A stretch of 64,000 nt of DNA from Parcubacteria group bacterium M10-OD1-1 (GCA_003056145.1 LSNL01000003.1:4345-68344), one strand, 5' to 3'. Positions 38,789 to 49,038 are shown, counted from the first letter of the stretch. The notes: generated from the sequence alone by a model not told the origin. Numbers and translations: made by a program.

Positions 38789-38821
38789 GCTAGAGGCTAA
38801 ATTCACCTTTTTCTACAAATG

Positions 38822-38862
38822 GCTTGACAGGATTTTTATTATATGCTATACTAAACTTTAAA
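38822..38862 (+). promoter_or_regulatory. Accessory-cassette promoter, copy B
   Basis: TTGACA (38824), 17-nt spacer, TGc TATACT; matches 22377-22417 at 33/41 nt. Confidence 0.75.
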
Positions 38863-38952
38863 CTTGAAGAAAACAGTAAAGTTCCTTTGATAAGAAAGTA
38901 GGAGTGCATTTCGCGCTAAATTCCACACAATATATAACACAGGAGGAGAGAA

Positions 38953-39447
38953 ATGAAGAAATTTACCATGATTTCAGCTATAGTTGTGATGAGTTGTTTT
39001 ATTGGTCTTATGGGTTGCAGGAGATTCACTCAACCAAAGGTCAGCAAGAAAATGGAAAGGGAGATGATCTCTAGCATATACATGGCTCCACCGTTAGTGT
39101 GGGTGGGATTACCTACTTCATGGATGGGGGGAATGGGAGGAGAATACTGTAAAATAGTTGAGCTCAATGCGTTCAGCTATGAAGTAGGGAAATCTCTAAA
39201 AGAAACTAACGGGGGCAAGCTCCCTGAGATGCTGGGCGCGCAATTCGAGAACGCATGGCCAGTAACTGCCCATGCGACTGGGATAGCGGGAGTCCAATGG
39301 CTCCCAAGAGGGGAAGGGAAGTTTAGTTATGTTGGAGGCAACAGTGGGAAACGATGGGTAAAAAAGAAGTTTAGTGGGGAGTGTCAGTTTATGCTGTATC
39401 ATGATATTTATGGCAAATGGAGGCTGGTACGCAACTGGCAGAATTAG
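38953..39447 (+). CDS. Putative lipoprotein (164 aa), GC-richer, no recognisable family
   Basis: SD aggagg; MKK, hydrophobic stretch, lipobox LMGC. Confidence 0.75.
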   Translation: MKKFTMISAIVVMSCFIGLMGCRRFTQPKVSKKMEREMISSIYMAPPLVWVGLPTSWMGGMGGEYCKIVELNAFSYEVGKSLKETNGGKLPEMLGAQFENAWPVTAHATGIAGVQWLPRGEGKFSYVGGNSGKRWVKKKFSGECQFMLYHDIYGKWRLVRNWQN

Positions 39448-39473
39448 GAGCGCGACATATTGCGCTGATTGTT

Positions 39474-39512
39474 AAAGCCTTGATCATTATTTTTGGTTAA
39501 GGTTTTTTATTA
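39474..39512 (+). terminator. Terminator closing the lipoprotein islet
   Basis: aaagccttgatca...tggttaaggtttt followed by ttatt. Confidence 0.65.
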
Positions 39513-39704
39513 TGAAAATAATATAAGTTGTTTTCTAAAAGTCAGATTATGCAAGATTTTCACTTTTTCTTTTCGCATTTTCTTGCGGGAAATTGTCGGG
39601 TCTGTTAGAATAATTGTGACGTAAGATTATCTCCTAGGGTTTGATTGTCCAATTCATTGGAGCAATTGAAGCGGGAGTTTTTAATTAAATTAAATTTTAA
39701 AAAT

Positions 39705-40313
39705 ATGAAAAATCATCCATCAAAAGAAAGAACATTAGTAATTATAAAACCAGATGGAGTGCAAAGAACTTTGATTGGTGAAATTATTAAGAGATATGAA
39801 AGAGTAGGATTAAAATTAATAGGGATTAAAATGCTAGTAGCCCAAGAGGATTTTATTGAAAAACATTACACTCTTGATCCACAGTGGAGAAGGGTAACTG
39901 GAGAAAAAACTATCGAAGGCTATAAAAGTAAAGGGTTAACTCCTCCTTCCGAAGATCCTTTGGCAATTACGGAAAAGATTTTAGTTGGATTAAAAAAATA
40001 TATGACTAGTGGTCCAATCATTGCTATGGTTTGGCAAGGTGCTAATGCAGTCAAATTAATTCGTAAAATTACTGGAGGAACAGAGCCATTAACTTCTGAT
40101 GTTGGTTCTATTAGAGGAGATTTTGTAGTTGATTCATATAAAATTTGCGATGAAGATAATCGATCAGTTAGAAACTTAGTTCATGCTTCTGGCTCAGTAG
40201 AAGAAGCAGAAATGGAAATCAACCATTGGTTTAAAAAAGAAGAAATTATTGATTATCGTTTGGTACAAGAGCAAATTCTTTATGATGTCAATTTAGACGG
40301 TATTTTAGAATAG
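39705..40313 (+). CDS. ndk: Nucleoside diphosphate kinase (with an insertion)
   Basis: ERTLVIIKPDGVQR, GSIRGDF and RNLVHASGS; ATG at 39705 preferred. Confidence 0.93.
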   Translation: MKNHPSKERTLVIIKPDGVQRTLIGEIIKRYERVGLKLIGIKMLVAQEDFIEKHYTLDPQWRRVTGEKTIEGYKSKGLTPPSEDPLAITEKILVGLKKYMTSGPIIAMVWQGANAVKLIRKITGGTEPLTSDVGSIRGDFVVDSYKICDEDNRSVRNLVHASGSVEEAEMEINHWFKKEEIIDYRLVQEQILYDVNLDGILE

Positions 40314-40335
40314 CTACCGTTAAAAATTCTGATCA

Positions 40336-40371
40336 ATAAAAAATCTCCTAAAATTTAGGAGATTTTTTATT
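40336..40371. terminator. Bidirectional terminator between ndk and rpmB
   Basis: Near-perfect palindrome aataaaaaatctcctaaa/tttaggagattttttatt between convergent genes. Confidence 0.8.
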
Positions 40372-40411
40372 TCTATTTAGCCACTTTCTATTTAGCCACT
40401 TTCTATTTAGC
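40371..40411. repeat. 15-bp tandem repeat (ttctatttagccact, 2.7 copies) overlapping the rpmB stop codon
   Basis: Read directly from the sequence. Confidence 0.9.
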
Positions 40412-40570
40412 TAAAGTTTTTATACATTTAGTGCAAATGTTCTTTGTTTGTCCATTAATTTTTTTTGACTGAAGATTGATGCTAAATTTTCTTCTTGATT
40501 TCATTTGAGAATGGCTAACTTTATTTCCTACCTGCGAACCTCTTCCGCAAATATCACATACTCGACTCAT
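40403..40570 (-). CDS. rpmB: 50S ribosomal protein L28 (zinc-binding form, 55 aa)
   Basis: Manual translation MSRVCDICGRGSQVGNKVSHSQMKSRRKFSINLQ...ICTKCIKTLAK; below the ORF-track length cutoff. Confidence 0.95.
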   Translation of the reverse strand: MSRVCDICGRGSQVGNKVSHSQMKSRRKFSINLQSKKINGQTKNICTKCIKTLAK

Positions 40571-40668
40571 AGTTTTTGATTTGATTTATTACAAAATATA
40601 AGGTAACATAATATTACATTTATAGCAAGTTTTTTTTACTGTAAATAAATTTTTTAAAGAAAAAAGAT

Positions 40669-41364
40669 ATGATGAATGAAATTGTTTTAGTAGTATTTTA
40701 TATAATTATTTTATTATATTCAGTAATTATTCATGAAGTAGCACATGGTGTAGCTGCTTTATGGCTGGGTGATCCAACAGCTAAATATGCTGGACGGTTA
40801 ACAGCCAATCCACTTAAGCATATTGATCCTTGGTTAACTATTGGGATGCCAATCCTTCTTCTTTTGATGACCAATTTTCGTTTTGCTTTTGGAGGAGCGA
40901 AACCGGTTCCCTATAATCCTTACAATTTAAAGAATCAAAAATGGGGTCCTGCTCTAGTTGGCTTAGCTGGTCCAGCCTCTAATATTTTAATTGCTGTTTT
41001 GGCCGCTATTTTAGCAAAATTTATTACTATCTCAATGACGGTTAAAGCAGATATAATTTATAATTTTAATGATTGGGGAAAAATATCTCAGGTAATCTCA
41101 GGTTCTGTGGGTTCTATTTTTTTTGAAATTTTAGTAATTGTGATTTTTTGGAATGTTATTCTAGCTTTCTTTAATCTTATCCCGATTCCACCATTAGATG
41201 GTTCTAAACTTTTATTTTCTATTTTTCCAATTAAAATTGAAACAATGGCTATTTTAGAACAATACGGTTTTATTTTCCTTTTGTTTTTTATTATTTTCTT
41301 TTCAGCTCCCTTAGGTCAATTTCTTAATACAATGTTAAATTTATTTTTAGGTGTTACTATCTAG
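40669..41364 (+). CDS. Site-2 protease, M50 family (YwhC-like)
   Basis: HEVAH, AGPASN and FNLIPIPPLDG motifs. Confidence 0.93.
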   Translation: MMNEIVLVVFYIIILLYSVIIHEVAHGVAALWLGDPTAKYAGRLTANPLKHIDPWLTIGMPILLLLMTNFRFAFGGAKPVPYNPYNLKNQKWGPALVGLAGPASNILIAVLAAILAKFITISMTVKADIIYNFNDWGKISQVISGSVGSIFFEILVIVIFWNVILAFFNLIPIPPLDGSKLLFSIFPIKIETMAILEQYGFIFLLFFIIFFSAPLGQFLNTMLNLFLGVTI

Positions 41365-41390
41365 CCTAGAAATAAAATAAGCAAAATAAA

Positions 41391-42317
41391 ATGAGCAAAA
41401 AAAAATATGATTTAATAATAATTGGGGCAGGACCAGCTGGAATGATGGCTTCTATTTATGCTTCTCGTTACGGCATTAAACATTTGGTCATCGGAGGTAT
41501 CCCAGGTGGTTTAGTGACTCAAACTCATAAAATTGGTAATTGGCTAGGAACAGAAAGTATTTCTGGAATGGAATTCGTGCAAAAAGCGGAACAACATGTT
41601 AAAAGTTATCAAACTGAAATATTAAATAATTTAGTAAAAAAAATTAAAAAAGATAAGTCATCAGGATTTGAAATTTTTTTAGAAAATCAAGAAAAAAAAG
41701 AAACTAAAGCTATTATTTTTGCTGTTGGAACGAAACATAGATGTTTAGAGGTGCCTGGCGAAAAGGAATTATTAGGGAAAGGTGTTTCGTATTGTGCTAC
41801 TTGTGATGGATTTTTCTATAGGAATAAAACAGTAGCAGTGATCGGTGGAAGTGATAGTGCTGTTTCGGCAGCTCTTTATTTGGCAGATATAGTTCAAGAA
41901 GTTTATTTAATTTATCGAAAAGAAAAATTAAGAGCGGAGAATTTTTGGGTTGAGGCAGCGGAAAAAAATCCAAAGATTAAAATTATTTATCAAACTAAGG
42001 TTAAAAAAATAATTGGAGAGAGTAAGGTAGAATCCTTGGAATTGGATAATCAATTTGAAAATTTAACCCAAATTAAAGTAGAAGGAGTTTTTATTGAGAT
42101 TGGAGCTGTACCAGCCGTTGAATTAGTTGAAGAAATAGGAGTAGAGTTAGACGACGAAGGTTATATTAAAATTAATTCTGATGGTTCAACTAACATTTCA
42201 GGTATTTGGTCAGCTGGGGATATTACAACAGGTTCTAATAAATTTAAACAGATTATCACGGCATCAGCAGAAGGAGCCGTTGCTGCTCAAAGTGTTCAAA
42301 AATTTTTAAAGAAATAA
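41391..42317 (+). CDS. trxB: Thioredoxin reductase
   Basis: IIGAGPAG, GVSYCATCDG, VIGGSDSA and AGD motifs. Confidence 0.9.
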   Translation: MSKKKYDLIIIGAGPAGMMASIYASRYGIKHLVIGGIPGGLVTQTHKIGNWLGTESISGMEFVQKAEQHVKSYQTEILNNLVKKIKKDKSSGFEIFLENQEKKETKAIIFAVGTKHRCLEVPGEKELLGKGVSYCATCDGFFYRNKTVAVIGGSDSAVSAALYLADIVQEVYLIYRKEKLRAENFWVEAAEKNPKIKIIYQTKVKKIIGESKVESLELDNQFENLTQIKVEGVFIEIGAVPAVELVEEIGVELDDEGYIKINSDGSTNISGIWSAGDITTGSNKFKQIITASAEGAVAAQSVQKFLKK

Positions 42318-42425
42318 AGAGTAGCGATTTAAAAAATAATATATCTTTTAAAATGCAATAAAAATTTATTAATAAAAAAAGCTCATCTTAATGGAGTGTT
42401 ATTTTAGATTATTTAATGCAAGCTA

Positions 42426-42454
42426 TTGACATAATTAGCTAATTCCTATATTAT
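42426..42454 (+). promoter_or_regulatory. sigma70 promoter of the str operon
   Basis: TTGACA, 17-nt spacer, TATTAT. Confidence 0.65.
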
Positions 42455-42565
42455 TATTTTGCTGGGTAACTGGCGTTTTTAATTTAATAAATGATAACAA
42501 TTCACTAGTATTAAAACGATATTTATAATCAAGTTCGTTTTATAGTTTGTGATAAAATTAATTTT

Positions 42566-42985
42566 GTGCCTACTATCAATCAACTAAAAAGAAATCCACG
42601 AAAAACTGGAAAGAATAAATCTAAAACCCCAGCTTTTAAATATGTATTTAATACAATTAAAAATAAACCAATTGATACTGCTAGCCCGTTCAAGCGAGGA
42701 GTCTGCATTAAAGTCAGTACAACTACTCCCAAAAAACCTAATTCTGCTTTAAGAAAGATTGCTAGAGTGCGATTAACTAACGGTATGGAAGTTACTGCTT
42801 ACATTCCAGGTGTTGGTCATAATTTACAAGAACACTCCATTGTAGTTATCAGAGGCGGGAGAGTAAAAGATTTACCAGGAGTAAGGTACCATGTAGTAAG
42901 AGGAGTGTTAGATGCAGCTGGAGTTGTTGGAAGAAAACAAGGAAAAAGTAAATACGGAGCTAAACTAGAAAAAGCAAGTAAATAA
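42566..42985 (+). CDS. rpsL: 30S ribosomal protein S12 (GTG start)
   Basis: [16 protein letters not shown] and RVKDLPG motifs. Confidence 0.99.
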   Translation: MPTINQLKRNPRKTGKNKSKTPAFKYVFNTIKNKPIDTASPFKRGVCIKVSTTTPKKPNSALRKIARVRLTNGMEVTAYIPGVGHNLQEHSIVVIRGGRVKDLPGVRYHVVRGVLDAAGVVGRKQGKSKYGAKLEKASK

Positions 42986-43082
42986 TTAATCATTGAAAAA
43001 GATTTTAATTTAAATAAGTTAATAGAAAATAATTTGTGAATCGTGCGAGATAAATTTCGCTTTTTTACAAAATAAGAATTGC

Positions 43083-43550
43083 ATGCCAAGAAGAAAAAGA
43101 ATTTATAAAAAAAATACTAAACCAGACCCAAGATATGGTAATGTTTTGGTTGGTAAATTTGTGTCCAATATAATGAAAGAAGGTAAAAGAACTGTTGCTG
43201 AAAAAATAGTTTATGATGCTTTTGAAATTATTCACGAGAGAACTAAAAAAGGAGGTTTGAATATTTTTGAACAAGCGATAAAAAATGTTTCTCCTCTAAT
43301 TGAATTAAAATCTAGACGAGTAGGAGGAGCTAACTATCAAGTTCCTATTCCAGTAGCAGGAGAAAGAAGAGTTACTTTAGCTATTCGTTGGATAAAAGTA
43401 GCAGTAGTGGCTAAAAAAGGGAAAAAAATGGCTGAGAAATTAGCCGATGAATTAATTGAAGCTTCAGAGAAAGCTGGAACAGCTATGAAAAAAAGAGAAG
43501 ATGTTCATAGAATGGCAGAAGCTAATAAAGCGTTTGCGCACTTTGCTTAG
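43083..43550 (+). CDS. rpsG: 30S ribosomal protein S7
   Basis: SRRVGGANYQVP and HRMAEANKAFAH motifs. Confidence 0.99.
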   Translation: MPRRKRIYKKNTKPDPRYGNVLVGKFVSNIMKEGKRTVAEKIVYDAFEIIHERTKKGGLNIFEQAIKNVSPLIELKSRRVGGANYQVPIPVAGERRVTLAIRWIKVAVVAKKGKKMAEKLADELIEASEKAGTAMKKREDVHRMAEANKAFAHFA

Positions 43551-43621
43551 TTTTAATAATAAATTTATTTATATATAATTCGTATAAATTATAAAATTAT
43601 ACGATTTTAGAATTTTATTTT

Positions 43622-45709
43622 ATGAGAAAATACGCTATTGAAAAATATAGAAATATCGGTATTATTGCTCACATTGATGCTGGAAAAACAACTACAACTG
43701 AAAGAATTTTGTTTTATACTGGTATAACTCATAAAATTGGAGAAGTCCATGAAGGCGAGGCAACTATGGATTGGATGGATCAAGAAAAAGAACGAGGGAT
43801 AACCATCACTTCAGCAGCTACTACTTGTTTTTGGAAAGATCATCAAATTAATATTATTGATACTCCTGGACATGTTGATTTTACAGTAGAAGTAGAAAGA
43901 TCATTACGTGTTTTGGATGGTGGAGTAGTGGTTTTTGATGGGAAAGAAGGAGTAGAGCCTCAATCAGAAACTGTTTGGCGACAAGCTGATAAATATGATG
44001 TACCGAGAATTTGTTTTATTAATAAAATAGATAAAGAAGGAGCAGATTTCTATTATGCTTTGGGTACCATTTGGAATCGTCTTACTCCTAATGCAGTAGC
44101 CGTACAGATTCCAATTGGCGAAAGAGGTGATTTTCAAGGAGTAGTAGATTTGATTAAAATGAAAGGATATACTTTTAAAGGTAAAATGGGTGAAGAAGTA
44201 ATTGAAACAGAAATACCAGCTGAATTATTAGATAAGGCAAAAGAGTGGCGAGAAAAGATGATTGAAAAAATTTCTGAAACGGACGATGCTTTGACTGAAA
44301 AGTATTTAGAAGGTCAAGAAATAACAGAAATAGAGCTAAAAACTGCTTTAAGAATAGCTGTTATTAAAAATAAACTTATTCCAGTCTTTACTGGAACAGC
44401 TTTACGAAATAAAGGAGTACAATTAGTCTTAGATGCAGTCGTGGATTATTTACCATCTCCAACGGATGTGGCTAATATTAAAGGTGCTGATGTTAATGAT
44501 TCTGAAAAAGAAGTAAAAATTAAATTTGATGATGAAGCTCCTTTTGCGGCGTTAGCTTTTAAAGTAGCAACTGATCCTTTTGTTGGGCAGCTAACTTTTT
44601 TTAGGATTTATTCTGGAACATTGAAAGCTGGCTCCTATGTTCTAAATGCAACTAAAAATAGTAAAGAGAGGATTGGAAGAATTTTGCGAATGCATTCTAA
44701 TCACAGAGAAGAAGTGGATGAAATGTATACTGGGGAAATTGGAGCTTTAATAGGAATGAAGACAACTACTACTGGAGATACTCTTTGTGATTTAGATCAT
44801 CCAGTTATTTTAGAAACAATTACTTTTCCAGAACCAGTTATTTCTATTGCCGTAGAACCAAAAACTAAAGCAGATCAAGAAAAAATGGGATTAGCTTTAA
44901 GAAAGTTAGCCGAAGAAGATCCAACTTTTAAAGTTAGGACCGATGAAGAAACTTCGCAAACAATTATTTCTGGAATGGGAGAATTACATTTGGATATTAT
45001 TATTGATAGAATGAAAAGAGAGTTCAAAGTAGACGCTAGTATCGGACAACCGCAAGTAGCTTATAGAGAAACTATTAAAAGTTCTGCTCAGGCAGAGGGA
45101 AAATTTATTCGGCAATCTGGAGGACGAGGACAGTATGGTCATTGTTGGATTAAAGTTGATCCTCAAGAGCCAGGAAAAGGATTTGAATTTGTTGATGAAA
45201 TTAAAGGAGGAGTTATTCCTCAAGAATATATTCAACCTATTCATAAAGGAATTAAAGACGCTATGGAAAATGGAGTTCTTTCGGGGCATCCGATGGTAGA
45301 TATTAAAGCGACGGTTTATGATGGATCTTTTCATGATGTTGATTCATCTGAATCAGCATTTCGGATTGCTGGTTCTATGGCATTTAAAGAAGCAACTAGA
45401 AGAGCTAACCCAATAATTCTTGAACCAATTATGAAAGTTAGTGTCGTTACTCCAGAGCAATTTATGGGGGATGTTGTGGGTGATATTAATTCAAAGAGAG
45501 GAATTATTAAAGAAATGAATGATCGAGGAGAAGGGATGTCAATGGTGAAAGAAATTGATGCAGAAGTTCCTCTTTCTTCAATGTTTGGATATGCTACTCA
45601 ACTTCGTTCTATGACTCAAGGACGAGCTAATTATTCAATGGAGTTTTCACATTATGCAGAAGTTCCAAAAAATGTTGCTGAAGAAATAGTTAGTGGGGAG
45701 AAAAAATAA
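43622..45709 (+). CDS. fusA: Elongation factor G
   Basis: [15 protein letters not shown] and GMGELHL motifs. Confidence 0.99.
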   Translation: MRKYAIEKYRNIGIIAHIDAGKTTTTERILFYTGITHKIGEVHEGEATMDWMDQEKERGITITSAATTCFWKDHQINIIDTPGHVDFTVEVERSLRVLDGGVVVFDGKEGVEPQSETVWRQADKYDVPRICFINKIDKEGADFYYALGTIWNRLTPNAVAVQIPIGERGDFQGVVDLIKMKGYTFKGKMGEEVIETEIPAELLDKAKEWREKMIEKISETDDALTEKYLEGQEITEIELKTALRIAVIKNKLIPVFTGTALRNKGVQLVLDAVVDYLPSPTDVANIKGADVNDSEKEVKIKFDDEAPFAALAFKVATDPFVGQLTFFRIYSGTLKAGSYVLNATKNSKERIGRILRMHSNHREEVDEMYTGEIGALIGMKTTTTGDTLCDLDHPVILETITFPEPVISIAVEPKTKADQEKMGLALRKLAEEDPTFKVRTDEETSQTIISGMGELHLDIIIDRMKREFKVDASIGQPQVAYRETIKSSAQAEGKFIRQSGGRGQYGHCWIKVDPQEPGKGFEFVDEIKGGVIPQEYIQPIHKGIKDAMENGVLSGHPMVDIKATVYDGSFHDVDSSESAFRIAGSMAFKEATRRANPIILEPIMKVSVVTPEQFMGDVVGDINSKRGIIKEMNDRGEGMSMVKEIDAEVPLSSMFGYATQLRSMTQGRANYSMEFSHYAEVPKNVAEEIVSGEKK

Positions 45710-45731
45710 TTTTCATTCATTCATTTTTTCT

Positions 45732-45766
45732 AAAAACTATCCTAGTAAAATAGGGTAGTTTTTTTT
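45732..45766 (+). terminator. Terminator after fusA
   Basis: aaaaactatccta-gtaaaa-tagggtagttttt. Confidence 0.75.
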
Positions 45767-46135
45767 CTGGATTTTGGTGTATTTAAAAATGGATAATAGA
45801 ATAATAAAATAATAAATATTAAACTTCTCTATTGGCTGTATAGAATAAGTTTCATTATATTTAGTTGTTCTTGTCATGTATGCTATTATTGACTGTATTT
45901 TTTTAGTTAGTAATTAATTAGAAAAGGTAATATTATTTAAGCCATTAATTTTTTTGATGGAGTTATTAATAAAAGAGTAGATATAACAATGAGTAATTGA
46001 AATAGAATAAAAATGATTATAATAAAACCTCTAAAAATATTTTATTTTAATATACTTTTTTGAAAACATTGACACAAAAAGATAGATAGGGTAATATTTT
46101 TTTGTAGTAGTAAATAAATTATTACTCAAATAAAT

Positions 46136-46432
46136 ATGCTTAGCAAAAAATTAAAAGAAGTCTTGGGAATCTTAGGTGGGCAAGCTATTTTAGCGGAGGA
46201 TAATCAGTTGTATATTTTAACGACCATTGAAAAATTTAAAAAAAATAACCATCAAAGAATTGAAAGCTTGACAAAGCAAGAATTGATTGATAAGATTAAC
46301 AATGATATTGCAAGCTGGAAGGCGAAGCAAAAAGAAAAAGAAATAAAAGAAATTGATTTATCTAATTTTGAAAAAGAAGAAAATCGAAATCAAGATATTA
46401 GACAGGAAATTAGATATGAACAATTAGATTGA
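46136..46432 (+). CDS. Small hypothetical protein of a type recalled from Parcubacteria
   Basis: Has its own promoter (TTGACA 46069, 17-nt spacer, TAATAT); LTKQELIDKINNDIASWK motif. Confidence 0.7.
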   Translation: MLSKKLKEVLGILGGQAILAEDNQLYILTTIEKFKKNNHQRIESLTKQELIDKINNDIASWKAKQKEKEIKEIDLSNFEKEENRNQDIRQEIRYEQLD

Positions 46433-46588
46433 GCAGGTAGCTAAAATTAGATGAAATTATTGAGATTTGATTTTTAGAAAATTATAAAAAAGTATATAAT
46501 TTAATAATAATAAAAATTCGCAAACTCTCGTCGAATCTGGTGTTATATTCCAGAAAAAATTCGTGTGGGTTGCGATAAAAATAAATTT

Positions 46589-47782
46589 ATGGCAGTAGAA
46601 AAATTTGAAAGAAATAAACTTCATGTTAATGTTGGCACCATTGGTCATGTTGATCATGGAAAAACTACTTTAACAGCAGCTATTTTACATGTACTTAGCT
46701 TTGTTGGAAAAGCTAAAGAAAAAGCAGTATCCGAAATTGATAAGGCCCCTGAAGAAAGAGATCGTGGAATTACAATCGCCACTGCTCATTGTGAGTACGA
46801 ATCAGATAAAAGACATTATGCTCATGTTGATTGTCCTGGTCATGCTGACTATATTAAAAATATGATTACTGGCGCTGCTCAGATGGATGGAGCTATCTTA
46901 GTTGTAGCTGCTACTGATGGTCCTATGCCACAAACTAGAGAGCATATTCTTTTAGCTAAACAAGTAGGAGTTCCTGAAATTGTAGTTTTCCTAAATAAAG
47001 TGGATATGGTTGATGATCCAGAATTAGTTGATCTTGTTGAAGCTGAAGTAAGAGAGCTTTTAACTAAATATGAATTTGATGGTGATAATGCTAAAATTAT
47101 TCGTGGCTCAGCTCTTAAAGCTCTTGAATCAAAATCAGCTGACGAAGAAGCAGCTAAGCCTGTTATGGATTTAATAGCTGCTCTTGATGAAAAAATTCCT
47201 GATCCAGTGAGAGAAATGGATAAAGATTATCTAATGCCAATTGAAGATATTTTTTCTATTGAAGGTCGTGGAACTGTAGTAACAGGGAGAATTGAAAGAG
47301 GAATTATTAATGTTAATGATGAAGTAGAGATTGTTGGACTTCGGGATACTCAGAAGACTACGGTTACTGGAATTGAAATGTTTAACAAGTCTTTAGATAG
47401 AGGTGAAGCTGGAGATAACGCCGGAGTGCTTCTTAGAGGAACAAAGAAAGAAGATGTTGAACGAGGACAAGTTTTAGCTAAACCAGGTTCAATTACTCCG
47501 CATACAGAATTTGAATGTGAAGTTTATATTTTAACTAAAGAAGAAGGTGGAAGACACACTCCATTCTTTAAAGGTTATCGTCCTCAATTCTATGTTAGAA
47601 CTACAGATGTAACAGGAGAAGTAATCCTTCCAGAAGGAACTGAAATGGTAATGCCGGGAGATACTATTAACTTTACTGTTAAATTAGGAGCTCCTGTAGC
47701 TATGGAAGAAGGAATGAAATTTGCAATTAGAGAAGGTGGTAGAACTGTTGGAGCTGGAGTAGTAACAAAGATTTTAAAATAG
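46589..47782 (+). CDS. tuf: Elongation factor Tu
   Basis: [17 protein letters not shown] and NKVD; real start MAVEKFER at 46589. Confidence 0.99.
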   Translation: MAVEKFERNKLHVNVGTIGHVDHGKTTLTAAILHVLSFVGKAKEKAVSEIDKAPEERDRGITIATAHCEYESDKRHYAHVDCPGHADYIKNMITGAAQMDGAILVVAATDGPMPQTREHILLAKQVGVPEIVVFLNKVDMVDDPELVDLVEAEVRELLTKYEFDGDNAKIIRGSALKALESKSADEEAAKPVMDLIAALDEKIPDPVREMDKDYLMPIEDIFSIEGRGTVVTGRIERGIINVNDEVEIVGLRDTQKTTVTGIEMFNKSLDRGEAGDNAGVLLRGTKKEDVERGQVLAKPGSITPHTEFECEVYILTKEEGGRHTPFFKGYRPQFYVRTTDVTGEVILPEGTEMVMPGDTINFTVKLGAPVAMEEGMKFAIREGGRTVGAGVVTKILK

Positions 47783-47872
47783 TTTATTCTTTAAGTCTAT
47801 CTCGTCAAAAGAGGTAGACTTTATAGAATAAAATTAATTTATTCAAATAATTCAAATAGCTAGTTAGTATCA

Positions 47873-48196
47873 ATGAAAAAAGAAGAAGAGATAAAACCAA
47901 GAATTAGAATTAAAATTAGAGCTTATGATCATAAAATTATTGATCAATCAGCTAAGCTAATTGTAGAAACTGCCAAAAGATCTGGAGCTAAAATCTCAGG
48001 ACCAGTTCCTTTGCCAACAACTATTAAGAGATATACAGTTAATAAATCGACTTTTGTGCATAAAGATTCTAGAGATCAATATGAAATGAGAACTCACAAA
48101 AGATTAATTGATATAACGACACCAACTCCTAAAACGATTGATGACTTAACAAATCTCGATCTTCCAGCAGGGGTGGACATAGAAATAAAAATGTGA
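47873..48196 (+). CDS. rpsJ: 30S ribosomal protein S10
   Basis: [17 protein letters not shown] and RTHKRLID motifs. Confidence 0.99.
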   Translation: MKKEEEIKPRIRIKIRAYDHKIIDQSAKLIVETAKRSGAKISGPVPLPTTIKRYTVNKSTFVHKDSRDQYEMRTHKRLIDITTPTPKTIDDLTNLDLPAGVDIEIKM

Positions 48197-48402
48197 TAAA
48201 CTCTAGGAGCTATAAATTATAAGCTGATTAAATATTTTGGCTAATAATTTATAGTTCGTAGATTCTAGTTAAAGTCCTATGAATTTAGGATACTCAGCTA
48301 GCCAAGAAAGAAATTTCTTTGTTTGAAAAAACAAGTGGCTGGTTTAGTCCAGTTTTTTTTATTGAAGTGTGAATGTATTAAGATTAAATATAGTTTTAGA
48401 AT

Positions 48403-48957
48403 ATGAAGTTTATTATAGGAAAAAAAATAGGAATGACAACAATTTATAATGATGATGGTGCACAGAATGTAACTCTTGTTGAGTGTGAGTCAAAAGTTAG
48501 TATGATTAAAACAGAAAAAAAGGATGGGTATAATGCAGTTCAGCTAGTAATACCAAAAACTAAAAATAAAATATTTAAAAAAGAATTTAGAGTAGATGAA
48601 ATTAATTTAGAAGAAGGTGTAATTTTGGATGTGAGTATGTTTGAAATCGGAGAGATTGTTAAAGCTAGTGGGATAGCTAAAGCTAAAGGTTTCCAAGGTG
48701 TGGTAAAAAGACATGGCTTTAAGGGATCACCTAAAACGCATGGTCATAAACATGATTTAAGAGCTCCAGGAGCTATTGGCTCTGGATTCCCTGAACATGT
48801 TGTTAAAGGAAAGAGAATGGCTGGAAGAATGGGAGGAAAAAGAGCTTCTACAATGAATATTAAGGTTGTTTATATAGATAAAGAGAAAAAATTATTAGGG
48901 TTAAAAGGTGCAATTCCAGGTATTCCAGGTAATATTGTAGAAATTGTTTCTGCATAA
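48403..48957 (+). CDS. rplC: 50S ribosomal protein L3 (compact)
   Basis: GKKIGMT, KGFQGVVKRH and KGKRMAGRMG motifs. Confidence 0.97.
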   Translation: MKFIIGKKIGMTTIYNDDGAQNVTLVECESKVSMIKTEKKDGYNAVQLVIPKTKNKIFKKEFRVDEINLEEGVILDVSMFEIGEIVKASGIAKAKGFQGVVKRHGFKGSPKTHGHKHDLRAPGAIGSGFPEHVVKGKRMAGRMGGKRASTMNIKVVYIDKEKKLLGLKGAIPGIPGNIVEIVSA

Positions 48958-49038
48958 AGAAATAAAAATAATCAAGTCAAAAGCTGATAACTTAGAATAT
49001 TTTTAATAGTTTTCAGTAACAATAGATTTTTTAATAAA

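Noticed and set aside
40371-40411. TAG recoding suggested by the in-frame repeated TAG after rpmB
   Set aside because: TAG terminates rny, recA, ndk, rpsG and tuf at their expected ends, so it is a normal stop codon.
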